Part shown: positions 28,430-38,711 of the stretch, one piece after another | Layout of the letters: each line of letters starts with the position of its first letter | Position numbering within the stretch: position 1 is the stretch's first letter | Assembly: GCA_016649895.1 (NCBI GenBank) | Contig: JAENWR010000005.1 | Span: 1 to 64,000 of the forward strand | DNA from: Acidimicrobiia bacterium | GTDB lineage: Bacteria > Actinomycetota > Acidimicrobiia > Acidimicrobiales > SKKL01 | Reading direction: 5' to 3' | DNA: 64,000 nt | The notes under the pieces: generated by a model | The model's input: the letters and a program-made list of their open reading frames with translations, nothing else | What the model was told of the DNA's origin: nothing | The model's database searches: none | Position numbers and translations under genes: made by a program

Positions 28430-28600
28430 CTCGGATGGCCAGGACGCCGACCGCTCAGCATCGATACGAACCGGATCTCGTGTTCCCTCCAGGGGAGACG
28501 CTCGTCGAGCGTGCTCGCCCAACGTGGCATGACTCAGGCCGAGCTCGCCGCTCGAACCGGCCTTTCGGCCAAGCACGTAGAGCAGCTCACCGAGGCCTGA
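28430..28600 (+). pseudogene. XRE-family HTH gene remnant
   Basis: One frame reads LAQRGMTQAELAARTGLSAKHVEQLTEA* (a classic XRE HTH), but the frame is broken upstream. Confidence 0.3.
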
Positions 28601-28671
28601 TTGCTCAATGGAAACTTGAGTTTAGGATTCAGTGATCGGATAAAACTCTAGTTACGATGTAGGCTCGCCCG

Positions 28672-29268
28672 GTGCCCGTCGACCGACGCGACCTTCGCCG
28701 CCGCCTCTTCAACCTCGCGGCCCAGCAGGGCGGCTACTTCACAGCGGCACAGGCCAGGAGCCTCGGTTACTCCTACCAGGCGCAGGCCCACCACGTCGGT
28801 GCCAGCAACTGGCACCGGAGCGACCGCGGACTCTTCCGCCTGGCCGAGTGGGTGCCCGGGCTGCACGATGACCTGATTCGCTGGACCCTCTGGTCCAAGG
28901 ACCGTGCGGCGGTCTCCCACGAGACGGGACTGGCCGTGCATGGCATCGGTGAGTTCGAGTCTCCTCGGATCCACCTCACGGTCCCGCCCGGGTTCTCGAT
29001 GCGCGACGACGCCGTCGTCATCCACCATGCCGAACTCGCCGATGGCGACATCGTCGAACAGGCCGGGTTCCGCACGACCTCCGTGCTCCGATCGCTCGTC
29101 GACGTGGCCGCCGCCGGCGCGGATGAGGAACAACTGGCGAGGGCGATCAAGGAAGCGACCGACGACGGGCATCTCACCCTCCGCCAACTACGTGCCCGTG
29201 CCGAGCAGGTCGACGTCAAGGGTGCCCTCTACATCGAGCGAGCCATCCAGCGGATCGCGGCGGCGTGA
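28672..29268 (+). CDS. AbiEi-like antitoxin-domain protein (solo, no AbiEii partner)
   Basis: GYFTAAQARSLGYS...GLFRLAEWVP matches the AbiEi N-terminal wHTH signature. Preceded by a low-GC promoter-like stretch. Confidence 0.55.
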   Translation: MPVDRRDLRRRLFNLAAQQGGYFTAAQARSLGYSYQAQAHHVGASNWHRSDRGLFRLAEWVPGLHDDLIRWTLWSKDRAAVSHETGLAVHGIGEFESPRIHLTVPPGFSMRDDAVVIHHAELADGDIVEQAGFRTTSVLRSLVDVAAAGADEEQLARAIKEATDDGHLTLRQLRARAEQVDVKGALYIERAIQRIAAA

Positions 29269-29735
29269 GCGACGAGTTGAGGGCCGCCTGTCGTGCGCTT
29301 GCGGACACGATGTGTCCTCATCGGTTCCTACGGTCGCTCTTACAAGCCCACACGGTGTTCGGCTGGGAGCTCGGCACGTTCGGCCTGCCGGGCGACCCCA
29401 GCGGCTTCTTCCGCATGCCCGGCTACGGCGCCTTCCTCGCCGAGCGCGACCCCGCGGTGCGCGCGTTCCAGGAGAGCGGCGAGGGCCCCGAGGGGTTCGG
29501 CGACGCCGTCGCCATCCTCCAGCCCCTCACCGCCGATGCCGCCGAGCCGTCCCCGCACTGGAGCACCACCTTCGCCGTGGCCGATGCCGACGCGGCCTTC
29601 GCCCGCGCCGTCGAGTTCGGTTCTCAGGTGGTGGTCGAGCCGTTCGACACCCCCTACACCCGCCAGTCGATGGTCCGCGACCCCCAGGGCGCCACCTTCA
29701 CCCTGAGCGAGTACCGCCCCGACGCGAACCGCTGA
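29265..29735 (+). CDS. VOC (glyoxalase/bleomycin-resistance) family protein
   Basis: C-terminal HWSTTFAVADADAAFARAVEFGSQVVVEPFDTPYTRQSMVRDPQGATFTLSEY is a VOC beta-alpha-beta-beta-beta module. GTGA overlap with the upstream gene. Confidence 0.55.
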   Translation: MSDELRAACRALADTMCPHRFLRSLLQAHTVFGWELGTFGLPGDPSGFFRMPGYGAFLAERDPAVRAFQESGEGPEGFGDAVAILQPLTADAAEPSPHWSTTFAVADADAAFARAVEFGSQVVVEPFDTPYTRQSMVRDPQGATFTLSEYRPDANR

Positions 29736-30043
29736 CCCCTCAGCCGCTGAGGAGCGACGCGAGGGCCCAGATGGCGGCGATGCCCCCGATGCCGGCGTAG
29801 AGGAGCGACCGTCCGAGCGGTGGCCGCTCGAGGTCGCCCTCCTTGCGGCTCTCGGGCGGCCGGACGAGCGCCAGGACGTTGCCCACGAGCAGGGCGGCGC
29901 CCAGCGCCAGGAGGATCCACTCGAGCAGGTCGTCACCGAGGAGCACGACGGCGACAGTAGCCACGCAGGTGGGGTTCTCCCCACCCCGGCGACGCCAGCA
30001 TGCGCCATGGTCGGCCGTGCACCCTGGCCGTACGGTTGACGCA

Positions 30044-31311
30044 GTGCTCACCACCCTGCTCAGCCCCTGGCGCGATCGGCGCACGTGGTTCGCCCTCGTG
30101 CAGCTGGCGACGACCCTCCCGATGGCCACCGCGTCGTTCACCGCCATGATCGCACTGCTCGCCACCTCGGCCGCGCTGCTCATCGTATTGCCCCTGGCGT
30201 TGCCCGTGGCCTGGATCCTGTTCTTCGTTGCCCACCTGCTGGCCGACATCGAGCGAAGCCGGCTGGCCGCGTTGGCGGGGCTCGACCTCGCCGACCCCGT
30301 CCCGACGTCGACGGCCAGCGGACGGTTCCTCTGGCTCCGGCGACTCGCCGAACGAGCCCAGAGCGGAGCCCGATGGAAGGAGATCGGCTACCTGATCCTC
30401 ATCTTCCCGGTCGGCATGTTCCTCGGCACCGCCACCGTCGTCGCCTGGTCGGGGTCGGTTGCCCTCATCTTCCTTCCCGCCTACATGGGGGCACTACCGG
30501 GCGACACCGCCCGGTTCGGGCTGTTCGACGTGGGGATGGGACCGGCAGTGGTCATCGCCTCGCTCCTCGGCATGCTCGGGCTCGTCCTCCTTGCCCCCTG
30601 CGTGACGTGGACCGCTGCCGGCCTGCACCGCCGGATGGCTGCCGCCTTCCTCGGTCCCGACCGCGGCGCCGAGCTGGGTGCGCAGGTGGAGCGGCTCGAG
30701 TCGAGCCGGGTGGCGGCGGTCGACTCCGCGAGGCCGAACGACGCCGCATCGAGCGCGACCTGCACGACGGGGCCCAGCAGCGGCTCGTCGCCCTCGCCGT
30801 GCAGCTCGGCGCCGCCCAGGAGCGCCTCGAACACGATCCAGAGGGTGGCCGCGCCATGGTGGCCGACGCCCACAACGAGGCGAAGGCGGCGCTGGTCGAG
30901 CTGCGCGACCTGGTGCGCGGCATCCACCCCGTGATCCTCGAGGACCGCGGCCTCGATGCCGCGCTGTCGGCCGTGGTGGCCCGCTCGCCCGTGCCCGTCG
31001 ACCTCAAGGTCGACGTGGCCGTGAGGCCCCCGGCAGCCATCGAGAGCGCCGCGTACTTCATCGTCAGCGAGGCGCTCACCAACGTGGCCCGCCACTCGAG
31101 GGCGTCGAAGGCGAAGGTCGACATCGTCCGCTCGGGCGACACGCTCGTGGTCGAGGTGTCCGACGACGGCCATGGGGGAGCCGACCCTTCGACGGGCACC
31201 GGCCTCGCCGGGCTTCGCCAGCGGGTGGACGGGCTGGGCGGGCGCATGCACGTGCTCAGCCCCACTGGCGGCCCCACGTCTGTCATCGTGGAGCTCTCGT
31301 GCAGATCGTGA
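30044..31311 (+). pseudogene. Sensor histidine kinase (HisKA_3 type), 1-nt frameshift near 30730
   Basis: The N-terminal multi-TM sensor region and the C-terminal region (ERRRIERDLHDGAQQRL, HisKA_3, plus HATPase GTGLAGLRQRV) lie in different frames. Adding one G after GCG near 30730 joins them. Confidence 0.7.
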
Positions 31312-31952
31312 TCGCCGAGGACTCGGTCCTGCTCCGCGCCGGGCTCACCGGGCTGCTGGTCGATGCCGGCCACGAAGTGGTGGCGGCGGTCGGCGATGCC
31401 GACGCGCACGTCGAAGTGGCCGAGCGCCACCAACCCGACCTGTGCGTCACCGACGTCCGGATGCCCCCCACCCACTCCGACGCCGGACTCCGTGCCGCGC
31501 GCCAGATCCGCGAGCGGTGGCCGGCCACGGGCATCCTCGTGCTGTCGCAGTACGTCGAGGAGCGCTACGCCACCGAGCTCCTGTCCACCGACACCCGCGG
31601 CTTGGGCTACCTGTTGAAGGACCGCATCGCCGATGTGCGCGAGTTCATCGACGCGGTCGAGCGCGTCGGCGGCGGTGGCACCGCACTCGACCCCGAGGTC
31701 GTCTCGCAGCTCCTCGCCCGGTCGCGCCAGCGAGACCCGCTCGAGCGGCTCTCGCCGCGAGAGCGCGAGGTGCTCGGCCTGATGGCCGAGGGCCGCACCA
31801 ACACCGCCATCGCCCGCCAGCTCGTCGTGAGCGACGGTGCGGTCGAGAAGCACATCAGCAACATCTTCACCAAGCTCGACCTGTGCCCCCCACCGAGGGC
31901 GACCACCGGCGCGTCCTCGCCGTCCTCCGTTGGATCGAGAGCTGATCGATGA
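31299..31952 (+). CDS. NarL/FixJ-family response regulator
   Basis: Receiver domain (VIAEDSVLLRAGL...DLCVTDVRMP) plus a LuxR-type HTH (ERLSPREREVLGLMAEGRTNTAIA). Confidence 0.8.
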   Translation: MQIVIAEDSVLLRAGLTGLLVDAGHEVVAAVGDADAHVEVAERHQPDLCVTDVRMPPTHSDAGLRAARQIRERWPATGILVLSQYVEERYATELLSTDTRGLGYLLKDRIADVREFIDAVERVGGGGTALDPEVVSQLLARSRQRDPLERLSPREREVLGLMAEGRTNTAIARQLVVSDGAVEKHISNIFTKLDLCPPPRATTGASSPSSVGSRADR

Positions 31953-32805
31953 CCACCACACTGCGCCCACCGAGCGACCCTCCCCCCACCGACCCGCCCC
32001 CTGGCGCCAGCCCGGCCCGGCGGCGCGGCCGATCGGTGCGGTCGGCCTGGTTGGTCGGCGGCAGCATCCTCACCGTGGCGATCCTCCTCCTGGCCGGTGT
32101 GCAGATCGTGTCGCGCCTGGCCCACCAGGTGACCACGATCCACCGGACCTTCGCCACCAGCGAGCTCGACGGTGTCCGGATCCTCGAGGTGCGCAACAGG
32201 ATGGGGTCCACCGCCATAGTGGGCACCAGTGGCGAATCGATCGACCTCACCGCGCGCGTCAGTCGCGGGCTGCTACCCACCCAGCACGAGCAGCGCATCG
32301 TGGGCGACCGGCTCGTGCTCACCGCCGACTGTCCCATCGCCCTGAACGACTTCTGCCAGGTCGACTACGACATCGAGGTGCCCGAGGGCATCGAGGTGGT
32401 GGTGCGTGGCGAGCGCGGGCGCACCACCGTCACCGACGTCGAGGGCCCCGTCGACATCGACAGCAAGCATGCTGCCGTCACCCTGACGCGAGTCGGAGAT
32501 CCCCTTCAGATCGACCTCGAGCACGGGTCGCTGCGGGCGGCCCAGCTCACCTCGGAGACGGCTGCCGTCCGGTCGCAGCACGGGAGCATCGCGCTCGAGT
32601 TCGCTGCTGCCCCCAGCGGGTGAACGTCGACTCACGGTTCGGGTCGGTCGACATCTCGGTCCCCGACACAGGTGAGACCTACGCAGTGTCGGTCAGCACC
32701 GAGTTCGGCGACTCCACCAACCGACTGCGCACCGACCCCACCAGCGGGTCGACCATCGACGTCGCCAGCAAGTTCGGTCGCGTCACCCTGGGCTACGCCC
32801 CCTAG
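31949..32805 (+). pseudogene. DUF4097 (LiaF-like/putative adhesin) membrane-anchored protein, 1-nt frameshift in C5 run near 32610-32614
   Basis: N-terminal TM then beta-rich repeats. The two halves are in different frames. Adding a sixth C gives a continuous ...EFAAAPQRVNVDSRFGSVDISVPD. Confidence 0.5.
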
Positions 32806-32904
32806 GTGAGGGTGGGGCAATCCCCACCCGCCAGACGCCGGGCGGCTCCATCGACCCGCTGAAGCCGATTCCGTACCGTCGCATGGGAGAGCTCGCAACG
32901 GCGG

Positions 32905-33729
32905 GTGAACCCCCCATGGAGGCGACACGATGACCATCACGACCGACCCGTCCGCAACCCCGACGCACGACCGAAGGGCACCCGGCGCACCCCGTCCGCA
33001 CCCCGTCCGCCCGCCGCCCGCACGGTGCTGGCCACCAAGCGCTACGGGCAGGGCGATGCCGCCGTGGTCGCCCTCGATCGGGTCAGCGTCGAGCTGGCCG
33101 CCGGTCGCTTCACCGCGATCATGGGTCCATCGGGCTCGGGCAAGTCGACGTTGATGCACTGCCTCGCCGGCCTCGACGAGCTCACCTCGGGAGAGGTGTG
33201 GCTGGGCGACGCCCAGCTCGGCGAGCTCTCGGACCGAGCCCTCACCCGTCTGCGCCGCGATCGCGTCGGGTTCGTGTTCCAGGCGTTCAACCTGATCCCC
33301 ACGCTCACCGCCTACGAGAACATGACGCTGCCGATGGAGCTGGCCCGCCGCGCACCCGACAAGGAGTGGCTGGCCGAGGTCGTGAAGGTGGTGGGCCTCG
33401 GCGACCGCCTGGGCCATCGCCCGAGCGAGCTGTCGGGTGGCCAGCAGCAACGCGTCGCGGTCGCCAGGGCCCTCGCCAGCCGCCCCGACGTGATCTTCGC
33501 CGACGAACCCACCGGCAACCTCGACTCCACCAGTGGTGGGGCGGTGCTGGGCTTCCTACGCCACGCCGTCGATGCCCTCGGGCAGACGATCGTGATGGTC
33601 ACCCACGACGCCGTGGCGGCCGCCTACGCCGACTCGGTGCTGTTCCTCGCCGACGGCCGCGTGGTCGACGAGCTGCACTCCCCCACCGCCGACTCCGTCC
33701 TCGACCGCATGAAGCGACTGGGGAGCTGA
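32905..33729 (+). CDS. ABC transporter ATP-binding protein (MacB/FtsE-like)
   Basis: Walker [10 protein letters not shown], signature LSGGQQQRV, Walker [12 protein letters not shown]. Start uncertain (possible GTG near 33015). Confidence 0.8.
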   Translation: MNPPWRRHDDHHDRPVRNPDARPKGTRRTPSAPRPPAARTVLATKRYGQGDAAVVALDRVSVELAAGRFTAIMGPSGSGKSTLMHCLAGLDELTSGEVWLGDAQLGELSDRALTRLRRDRVGFVFQAFNLIPTLTAYENMTLPMELARRAPDKEWLAEVVKVVGLGDRLGHRPSELSGGQQQRVAVARALASRPDVIFADEPTGNLDSTSGGAVLGFLRHAVDALGQTIVMVTHDAVAAAYADSVLFLADGRVVDELHSPTADSVLDRMKRLGS

Positions 33730-33731
33730 CC

Positions 33732-36272
33732 ATGCTGCGCACCACCTTGAAGAACCTACGGAGCCACCTCCGCCGGCTGGTGTCGACCAGCCTCGCCGTC
33801 GTCCTCGGCGTCGGCTTCCTCGCCGCCACCCTGTTCATCGGCGACACCATGCGCGGCTCGTTCGACCAGGCGTTCACCGAGGCCAACGACGGCCTCGCCG
33901 TGGCCGTCCGCAGCCAGGTGCAGTTCGGCGACACCGACATCGTCAGCCAGAACGGCACGGTCGACATCACCCTCGCCGATGAGATCCGCCAGCTCGACGG
34001 TGTCGACGCCGTGCAGATCTCGATCGAGGGCACGGCCCAGATCGTCGGCGCCAACGGCGATCCGATCGGCGGCGGGGGGCCGCCCACGCTCGGTCGCAAC
34101 TGGATCGACGATCCACGCCTCAACCCCTACGAGCTGGCCGAGGGGCGAGCACCCGTCGCGCCCGACGAGGTGGTCATCGACCGAGGCGCAGCCGAGGCCG
34201 GCGACCTGGCGGTGGGCGACACCACCACGATCCGCAGTCCTGAGCCGGTGCCGGTCGAGATCGTCGGAATCGTCACCTTCGGCGATCAGGACAGCCTCGG
34301 GCCGAGCACCTACGCGGCGTTCACGACCGAGCGGGCCCAGGAGCTGTTCGTCGGCGACGCCGGCGCGGCCGACCGCCTGCTCGTGGCGGCCGAGACCGAC
34401 GTCGACCACGACGACCTCGCCGCCCAAGTGGCCGCCCTCCTCCCGGACGACCTCGAGACGCTCACGGCTGCCGAGGTCGCCGCCGACCAGTTGGCCGACA
34501 TCGAGGGCGACTTCATCGGGTTCTTCGAGACGATGCTGCTCGGCTTCGCCGGTATCGCCCTGCTCGTGGCCACCTTCAGCATCCACAACACGTTCTCGAT
34601 CCTGGTGGCGCAACGCACCCGCGAGTCGGCCCTGCTGCGCGCCATCGGTGCCAGCCGGGCCCAGGTGCTCGGGGCGGTCGCCCTCGAAGCCGCCGTCATC
34701 GGCGTCGTCGCCACGACGGTCGGGCTCGCCGTCGGCGTGGGCCTCGCCCAGCTCGCCATGGCCGCCATGGACGCCGCCGGCTTCGGCATGGCGGGTTCGA
34801 TCGTGCTCTCGAGCGGGGCGGTGCTCGCCGCGGCTGCGATCGGCGTCGGTGTCACGCTGGTGGCATCGCTGGCGCCGTCATTGGCGGCCTCCCGCGTGCC
34901 CCCCCTGGCCGCGATCCGCGACGTGGCGACCGAACGGACGTCGGCATCGAAGGGCCGGGTCATCGCCGGAGCTGTGCTGCTCGTCGGCGCCGGCCTCGCA
35001 CTGCTCACCGCGCCCAGCGCCGGCGATGGTGCACCGGCCCGCGCCGGGCTGGCCGCCGCAGTGGTCCTCGTGGCCGCGGTGATGCTGGGCCCGGTGGCGG
35101 CCCGTCCCCTGGCGGGCGCGCTCGGCCGACCGATCGCCGCGCTGCGTGGCCACACCGGGCTCCTCGCCCGACGCAACGCCATGCGCAACCCCCGCCGCAC
35201 GTCAGGCACCGCCAGCGCCCTCACCCTCGGCGTCGCAGTGGTGGCCCTCTTCACCGTGTTCGCCAGCTCGATCACCACCTCGATCGACGACACCGTCGAC
35301 CGGTCCTTCGGCGGTGACCTCGTCGTCTCCACCGGCTTCGGTGAAGCGGCGCTCAGCGGTGACCTCGCCGCCGCGATCGGCGAGCTCCCCGAGGTGGCCG
35401 CCGCCATACCTCTCGGTAGCGCCGTGGCCGAGGTGAACGGAGAGGTCGTCTATCCGACCCCCACCGATCCCGCAGGCCTGGAAGGAGTCCTCGACCTCGA
35501 CGTGCAGGAGGGATCGCTCGACGACGTCGGCATCGACGGGATGGCCGTGGGCACGCGCCGCGCCGACGACGAGGGCTGGTCGCTGGGCGACGCCGTCACC
35601 CTCGACCTCGCCGACGGCACCCAGGAGGTGCTCCGCGTCGGGGCGCTCTACAACAGCATCGACCTGGTCGGCGACATGCTGGTGCACCGCGACATGTGGA
35701 GCGCGCACACCGCGCAGATCACCGACGTGGCCGTGCTCATCGACGTGGCCGACGGGGTCGATCTCACCGCCGCCAACGTCGCGGTGACGGGGGTGTCCGA
35801 ACGGTTCGCGGCGCCCGCCCCGCAAGACCGCGACGAGTTCGTCGAGACCGCTGCGGGCCAGGTCAACCAGGTGCTGGGCGTGGTCTACGGCCTGCTGGCC
35901 GTCGCTGTGCTGATCGCGCTCATGGGCATCGCCAACACGGTGTCGCTGTCGGTGCACGAACGCACCCGCGAGCTCGGCCTCCTGCGTGCCGTCGGCCAGA
36001 CCCGGTCGCAGCTGCGGGCGATGGTGCGCTGGGAATCGGTGATCGTGGCGGTGTTCGGCGCGGTGAGCGGCGTGGTGGTCGGTGTGCTCATCGGCTGGGG
36101 CGTGCTGCGCGCCATCGCCGAAGCAGAAGGCGTGGCGACGCCGCTGACCCTGCCGGCGACGTCGCTGGCCATCGTCGTGGCGGTGGGTGCCGTGGCCGGA
36201 GTGCTCGCTGCCGTGCGGCCAGCACGGCGGGCCGCACGTCTCGACGTGCTCCAGGCCATCGCCACCGACTAG
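33732..36272 (+). CDS. ABC transporter permease with duplicated FtsX domains (MacB/BceB-like, 846 aa)
   Basis: Two FtsX-type 4-TM bundles, each preceded by a large extracytoplasmic domain. Confidence 0.8.
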   Translation: MLRTTLKNLRSHLRRLVSTSLAVVLGVGFLAATLFIGDTMRGSFDQAFTEANDGLAVAVRSQVQFGDTDIVSQNGTVDITLADEIRQLDGVDAVQISIEGTAQIVGANGDPIGGGGPPTLGRNWIDDPRLNPYELAEGRAPVAPDEVVIDRGAAEAGDLAVGDTTTIRSPEPVPVEIVGIVTFGDQDSLGPSTYAAFTTERAQELFVGDAGAADRLLVAAETDVDHDDLAAQVAALLPDDLETLTAAEVAADQLADIEGDFIGFFETMLLGFAGIALLVATFSIHNTFSILVAQRTRESALLRAIGASRAQVLGAVALEAAVIGVVATTVGLAVGVGLAQLAMAAMDAAGFGMAGSIVLSSGAVLAAAAIGVGVTLVASLAPSLAASRVPPLAAIRDVATERTSASKGRVIAGAVLLVGAGLALLTAPSAGDGAPARAGLAAAVVLVAAVMLGPVAARPLAGALGRPIAALRGHTGLLARRNAMRNPRRTSGTASALTLGVAVVALFTVFASSITTSIDDTVDRSFGGDLVVSTGFGEAALSGDLAAAIGELPEVAAAIPLGSAVAEVNGEVVYPTPTDPAGLEGVLDLDVQEGSLDDVGIDGMAVGTRRADDEGWSLGDAVTLDLADGTQEVLRVGALYNSIDLVGDMLVHRDMWSAHTAQITDVAVLIDVADGVDLTAANVAVTGVSERFAAPAPQDRDEFVETAAGQVNQVLGVVYGLLAVAVLIALMGIANTVSLSVHERTRELGLLRAVGQTRSQLRAMVRWESVIVAVFGAVSGVVVGVLIGWGVLRAIAEAEGVATPLTLPATSLAIVVAVGAVAGVLAAVRPARRAARLDVLQAIATD

Positions 36273-36276
36273 CGCG

Positions 36277-36525
36277 TCACGCCCCCTCGGGGATGGCGTC
36301 CCACCACTGGCACCACCAGTCGGCGCCGACGAGGACGCGCAGCTTCGGGTGCCAGCAGTACGAGATCTCGGCCGTGTTCTCCAGGTAGTAGCGGCAGCTG
36401 TCGCACTTCTCGTTGCCGGAGGGGTGGCCCTTCAGCACGGCGTTCTCGGAGAGGTGACGCAGCTCGATCGAGAGCTTCTCGTCGATCTCCTTCGGCTCCG
36501 GATCGGGAATCACGTAGTCAGACAT
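36277..36525 (-). CDS. Small Cys-rich hypothetical protein
   Basis: 82 aa. CDSCRYY...YCWHP...WWCQWW suggests a metal-binding mini-protein. Confidence 0.35.
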   Translation of the reverse strand: MSDYVIPDPEPKEIDEKLSIELRHLSENAVLKGHPSGNEKCDSCRYYLENTAEISYCWHPKLRVLVGADWWCQWWDAIPEGA

Positions 36526-36545
36526 GGGCCCGAACATACCTGGGA

Positions 36546-37349
36546 TCAACCGTCGAGAAGCTCCTGGTCGATCTCGCCAGCCGCCACCCGGGCGACGTCG
36601 GCCGCATCGATGTCGGCGCGCACCGACACCAGGGTGACGGTGTCGGTGCCGTCGGTGCGCTCGACGTGCTGGAGCGACGGTGCTCCCGATGTGGCGTCGA
36701 AGCAGAAGCGGGCGTTCTGCCCGTAGGGCGGAGCGAGGACGGCCCGCGCCAGCCGCAGCGCGAAGCACTCGCCCTCCTGCGCCACGCGGTAGAGCGGCAG
36801 CTCGCCCTCGACATAGCCGCGCAGCGCCGTCATCTCGGCCGCGACCCCGGCATCGAAGGCGGCGCCGCCGTCGGCCGCACCGCCGGCAGCCTCTTGCTGC
36901 TGGCAGTGCACCAACCCGTCGAGCTGCTCGTCGCACACCACCGCAAGGCCGTCGACGGTTCCCTCCACCGACGCTCCAGTGGAGACGACGCGGTCGGGAG
37001 GGAGTTGGGCCACCACGATCGGCAGCTCCATCACTGCGCCCGAGCTGGTGGTGCGCTCGAGGAGCGAGCCCGACAGGAAGGTGGCCGTGCGGCCGCGCTC
37101 CCAGGCGACGAGGAACGCTGCGGCGGCCTCGGCCGTCTCCGGCGCCTCCTCGTCGAGGACCGGATCATCGGCCTCCTGGTCGTCGTCGCTACCCCGGCTG
37201 GTGAACCACCCGAGCGCGGCGCCGATGAGCAGGCCGGCGACGAGCCCTCCCACGATGAGCGACCGGCGGCTGGGACCACCCGGCGCACTCGCCGGCTCGT
37301 CGGATCGCTCCGCCTCGTCGTCGACGGCGCCTTCGTGCAGGTCGGACAT
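36546..37349 (-). CDS. Hypothetical membrane-anchored protein
   Basis: Single TM (LIVGGLVAGLLIGAALGWF) after an acidic N-terminus. No recognised motif. Confidence 0.35.
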   Translation of the reverse strand: MSDLHEGAVDDEAERSDEPASAPGGPSRRSLIVGGLVAGLLIGAALGWFTSRGSDDDQEADDPVLDEEAPETAEAAAAFLVAWERGRTATFLSGSLLERTTSSGAVMELPIVVAQLPPDRVVSTGASVEGTVDGLAVVCDEQLDGLVHCQQQEAAGGAADGGAAFDAGVAAEMTALRGYVEGELPLYRVAQEGECFALRLARAVLAPPYGQNARFCFDATSGAPSLQHVERTDGTDTVTLVSVRADIDAADVARVAAGEIDQELLDG

Positions 37350-37438
37350 CGCGCCGAACCTACATCGTGGCCGAGCGCGGATAGCGTCCGACCCACGCAT
37401 GCGCCGGCGGGGGCCGACAGGAAGGGGGACTTTCGTCG

Positions 37439-38368
37439 ATGAGCACCACCAACGGCACCGCAACCTCGGGCACCGCCCGCAACGGCGAGGTCGAGCTGTT
37501 CTACGAGACGTTCGGCGATCCGGCCGACGTGCCGCTGCTGCTCGTCAACGGCCTCGGATCTCAGTGCACCGCCTACGTCGACGCCTTGTGCCAGGAGTAT
37601 GTCGACGCCGGCTTCTTCGCCATCCGCTTCGACAACCGCGACGTCGGCCTCTCCACCAAGTTCGCCGACGTCCAGCCCGACCTCGGCAAGGTCGTCGCCG
37701 CCATGCGGGCCGGTGAGTCGCCCGACGTGCCCTACCTCCTCACCGACATGGCCGCCGACGGCGTCGCCGTGCTCGACGCCCTCGGCATCGACCGGGCCCA
37801 CGTGTTCGGCGTGTCGATGGGCGGCATGATCGTCCAGACGATGGCCATCGAGCACCCCGAGCGGCTCATCTCGCTCACCTCGGTGATGTCGACCTCGGGC
37901 GACCGCACGGTGGGGCAGGCCTCGGCCGAAGCGTCGAAGCTCCTGTTCACGCCGGCGGGCCCCACCCGTGACGACGCCATCGCCCGAGCGATCCTCGGTG
38001 CCCGCACCTACGGCTCGCCCGACCACATCGATGCCGAGGCCCTGGCAGCACGCGCCGGCGCCGCCTACGACCGCTGCTTCCACCCCGAAGGGGTGGGCCG
38101 TCAGCTCATGGCCATCAATGCCTCGGGCGACCGGTCAGCGGCACTCGAGTCGGTGACCACGCCCACCCTCGTCATCCACGGCGACCAGGACCGCCTCATC
38201 GACATGAGCGGCGGCGTCCGCACCGCCGAGCTGGTCCCCGGCGCCAAGCTGGTGGTCCTCAAGGGAATGGGCCACGATCATCCGCCCGCCTACTGGGACC
38301 GCATCGTCGAGCTGGTCACCGACCACGCCGCTGCCGCCCAGGTGGAGGCCGAGCCCGATCCCATCTGA
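37439..38368 (+). CDS. Alpha/beta-hydrolase fold protein
   Basis: Nucleophile elbow GVSMGG and HGDQDRLID. ~310 aa. Confidence 0.7.
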   Translation: MSTTNGTATSGTARNGEVELFYETFGDPADVPLLLVNGLGSQCTAYVDALCQEYVDAGFFAIRFDNRDVGLSTKFADVQPDLGKVVAAMRAGESPDVPYLLTDMAADGVAVLDALGIDRAHVFGVSMGGMIVQTMAIEHPERLISLTSVMSTSGDRTVGQASAEASKLLFTPAGPTRDDAIARAILGARTYGSPDHIDAEALAARAGAAYDRCFHPEGVGRQLMAINASGDRSAALESVTTPTLVIHGDQDRLIDMSGGVRTAELVPGAKLVVLKGMGHDHPPAYWDRIVELVTDHAAAAQVEAEPDPI

Positions 38369-38388
38369 TCAGCTGAGCTCACGCTTGG

Positions 38389-38676
38389 TCAGCTGAGCCT
38401 CAGGAAGAGCTTCTCGAGCTCCTCGACGCTGAGCCCGGTGTCGTCGGCGGCGGCCGCGGGGTCGTCATCGAGGTTGGCGCAGTGCCGCATGCCGGCGGCG
38501 ACCAGCCGGTAGCCGACGCGGTCGAGGGCGGCCTTGGCCGCGGCGAGTTGGGTGACCACCGCCTTGCAGTCCTGGCCCTCTTCGAGCATGCGCTGCAGGC
38601 CGCGGATCTGGCCTTCGAGGCGACGGAGGCGCATCTGCACGTCGTCGGCGACGTCGTCAGGGAACTTCACGGGCAC
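38389..38676 (-). CDS. CsoR/RcnR-family metal-sensing transcriptional repressor
   Basis: C-H-C signature: DCKAVVTQLAAAKAALDRVGYRLVAAGMRHC. Confidence 0.65.
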   Translation of the reverse strand: MPVKFPDDVADDVQMRLRRLEGQIRGLQRMLEEGQDCKAVVTQLAAAKAALDRVGYRLVAAGMRHCANLDDDPAAAADDTGLSVEELEKLFLRLS

Positions 38677-38711
38677 CTCGATGGTGGTGGGCGGACCCGC
38701 CCAGGATACCC

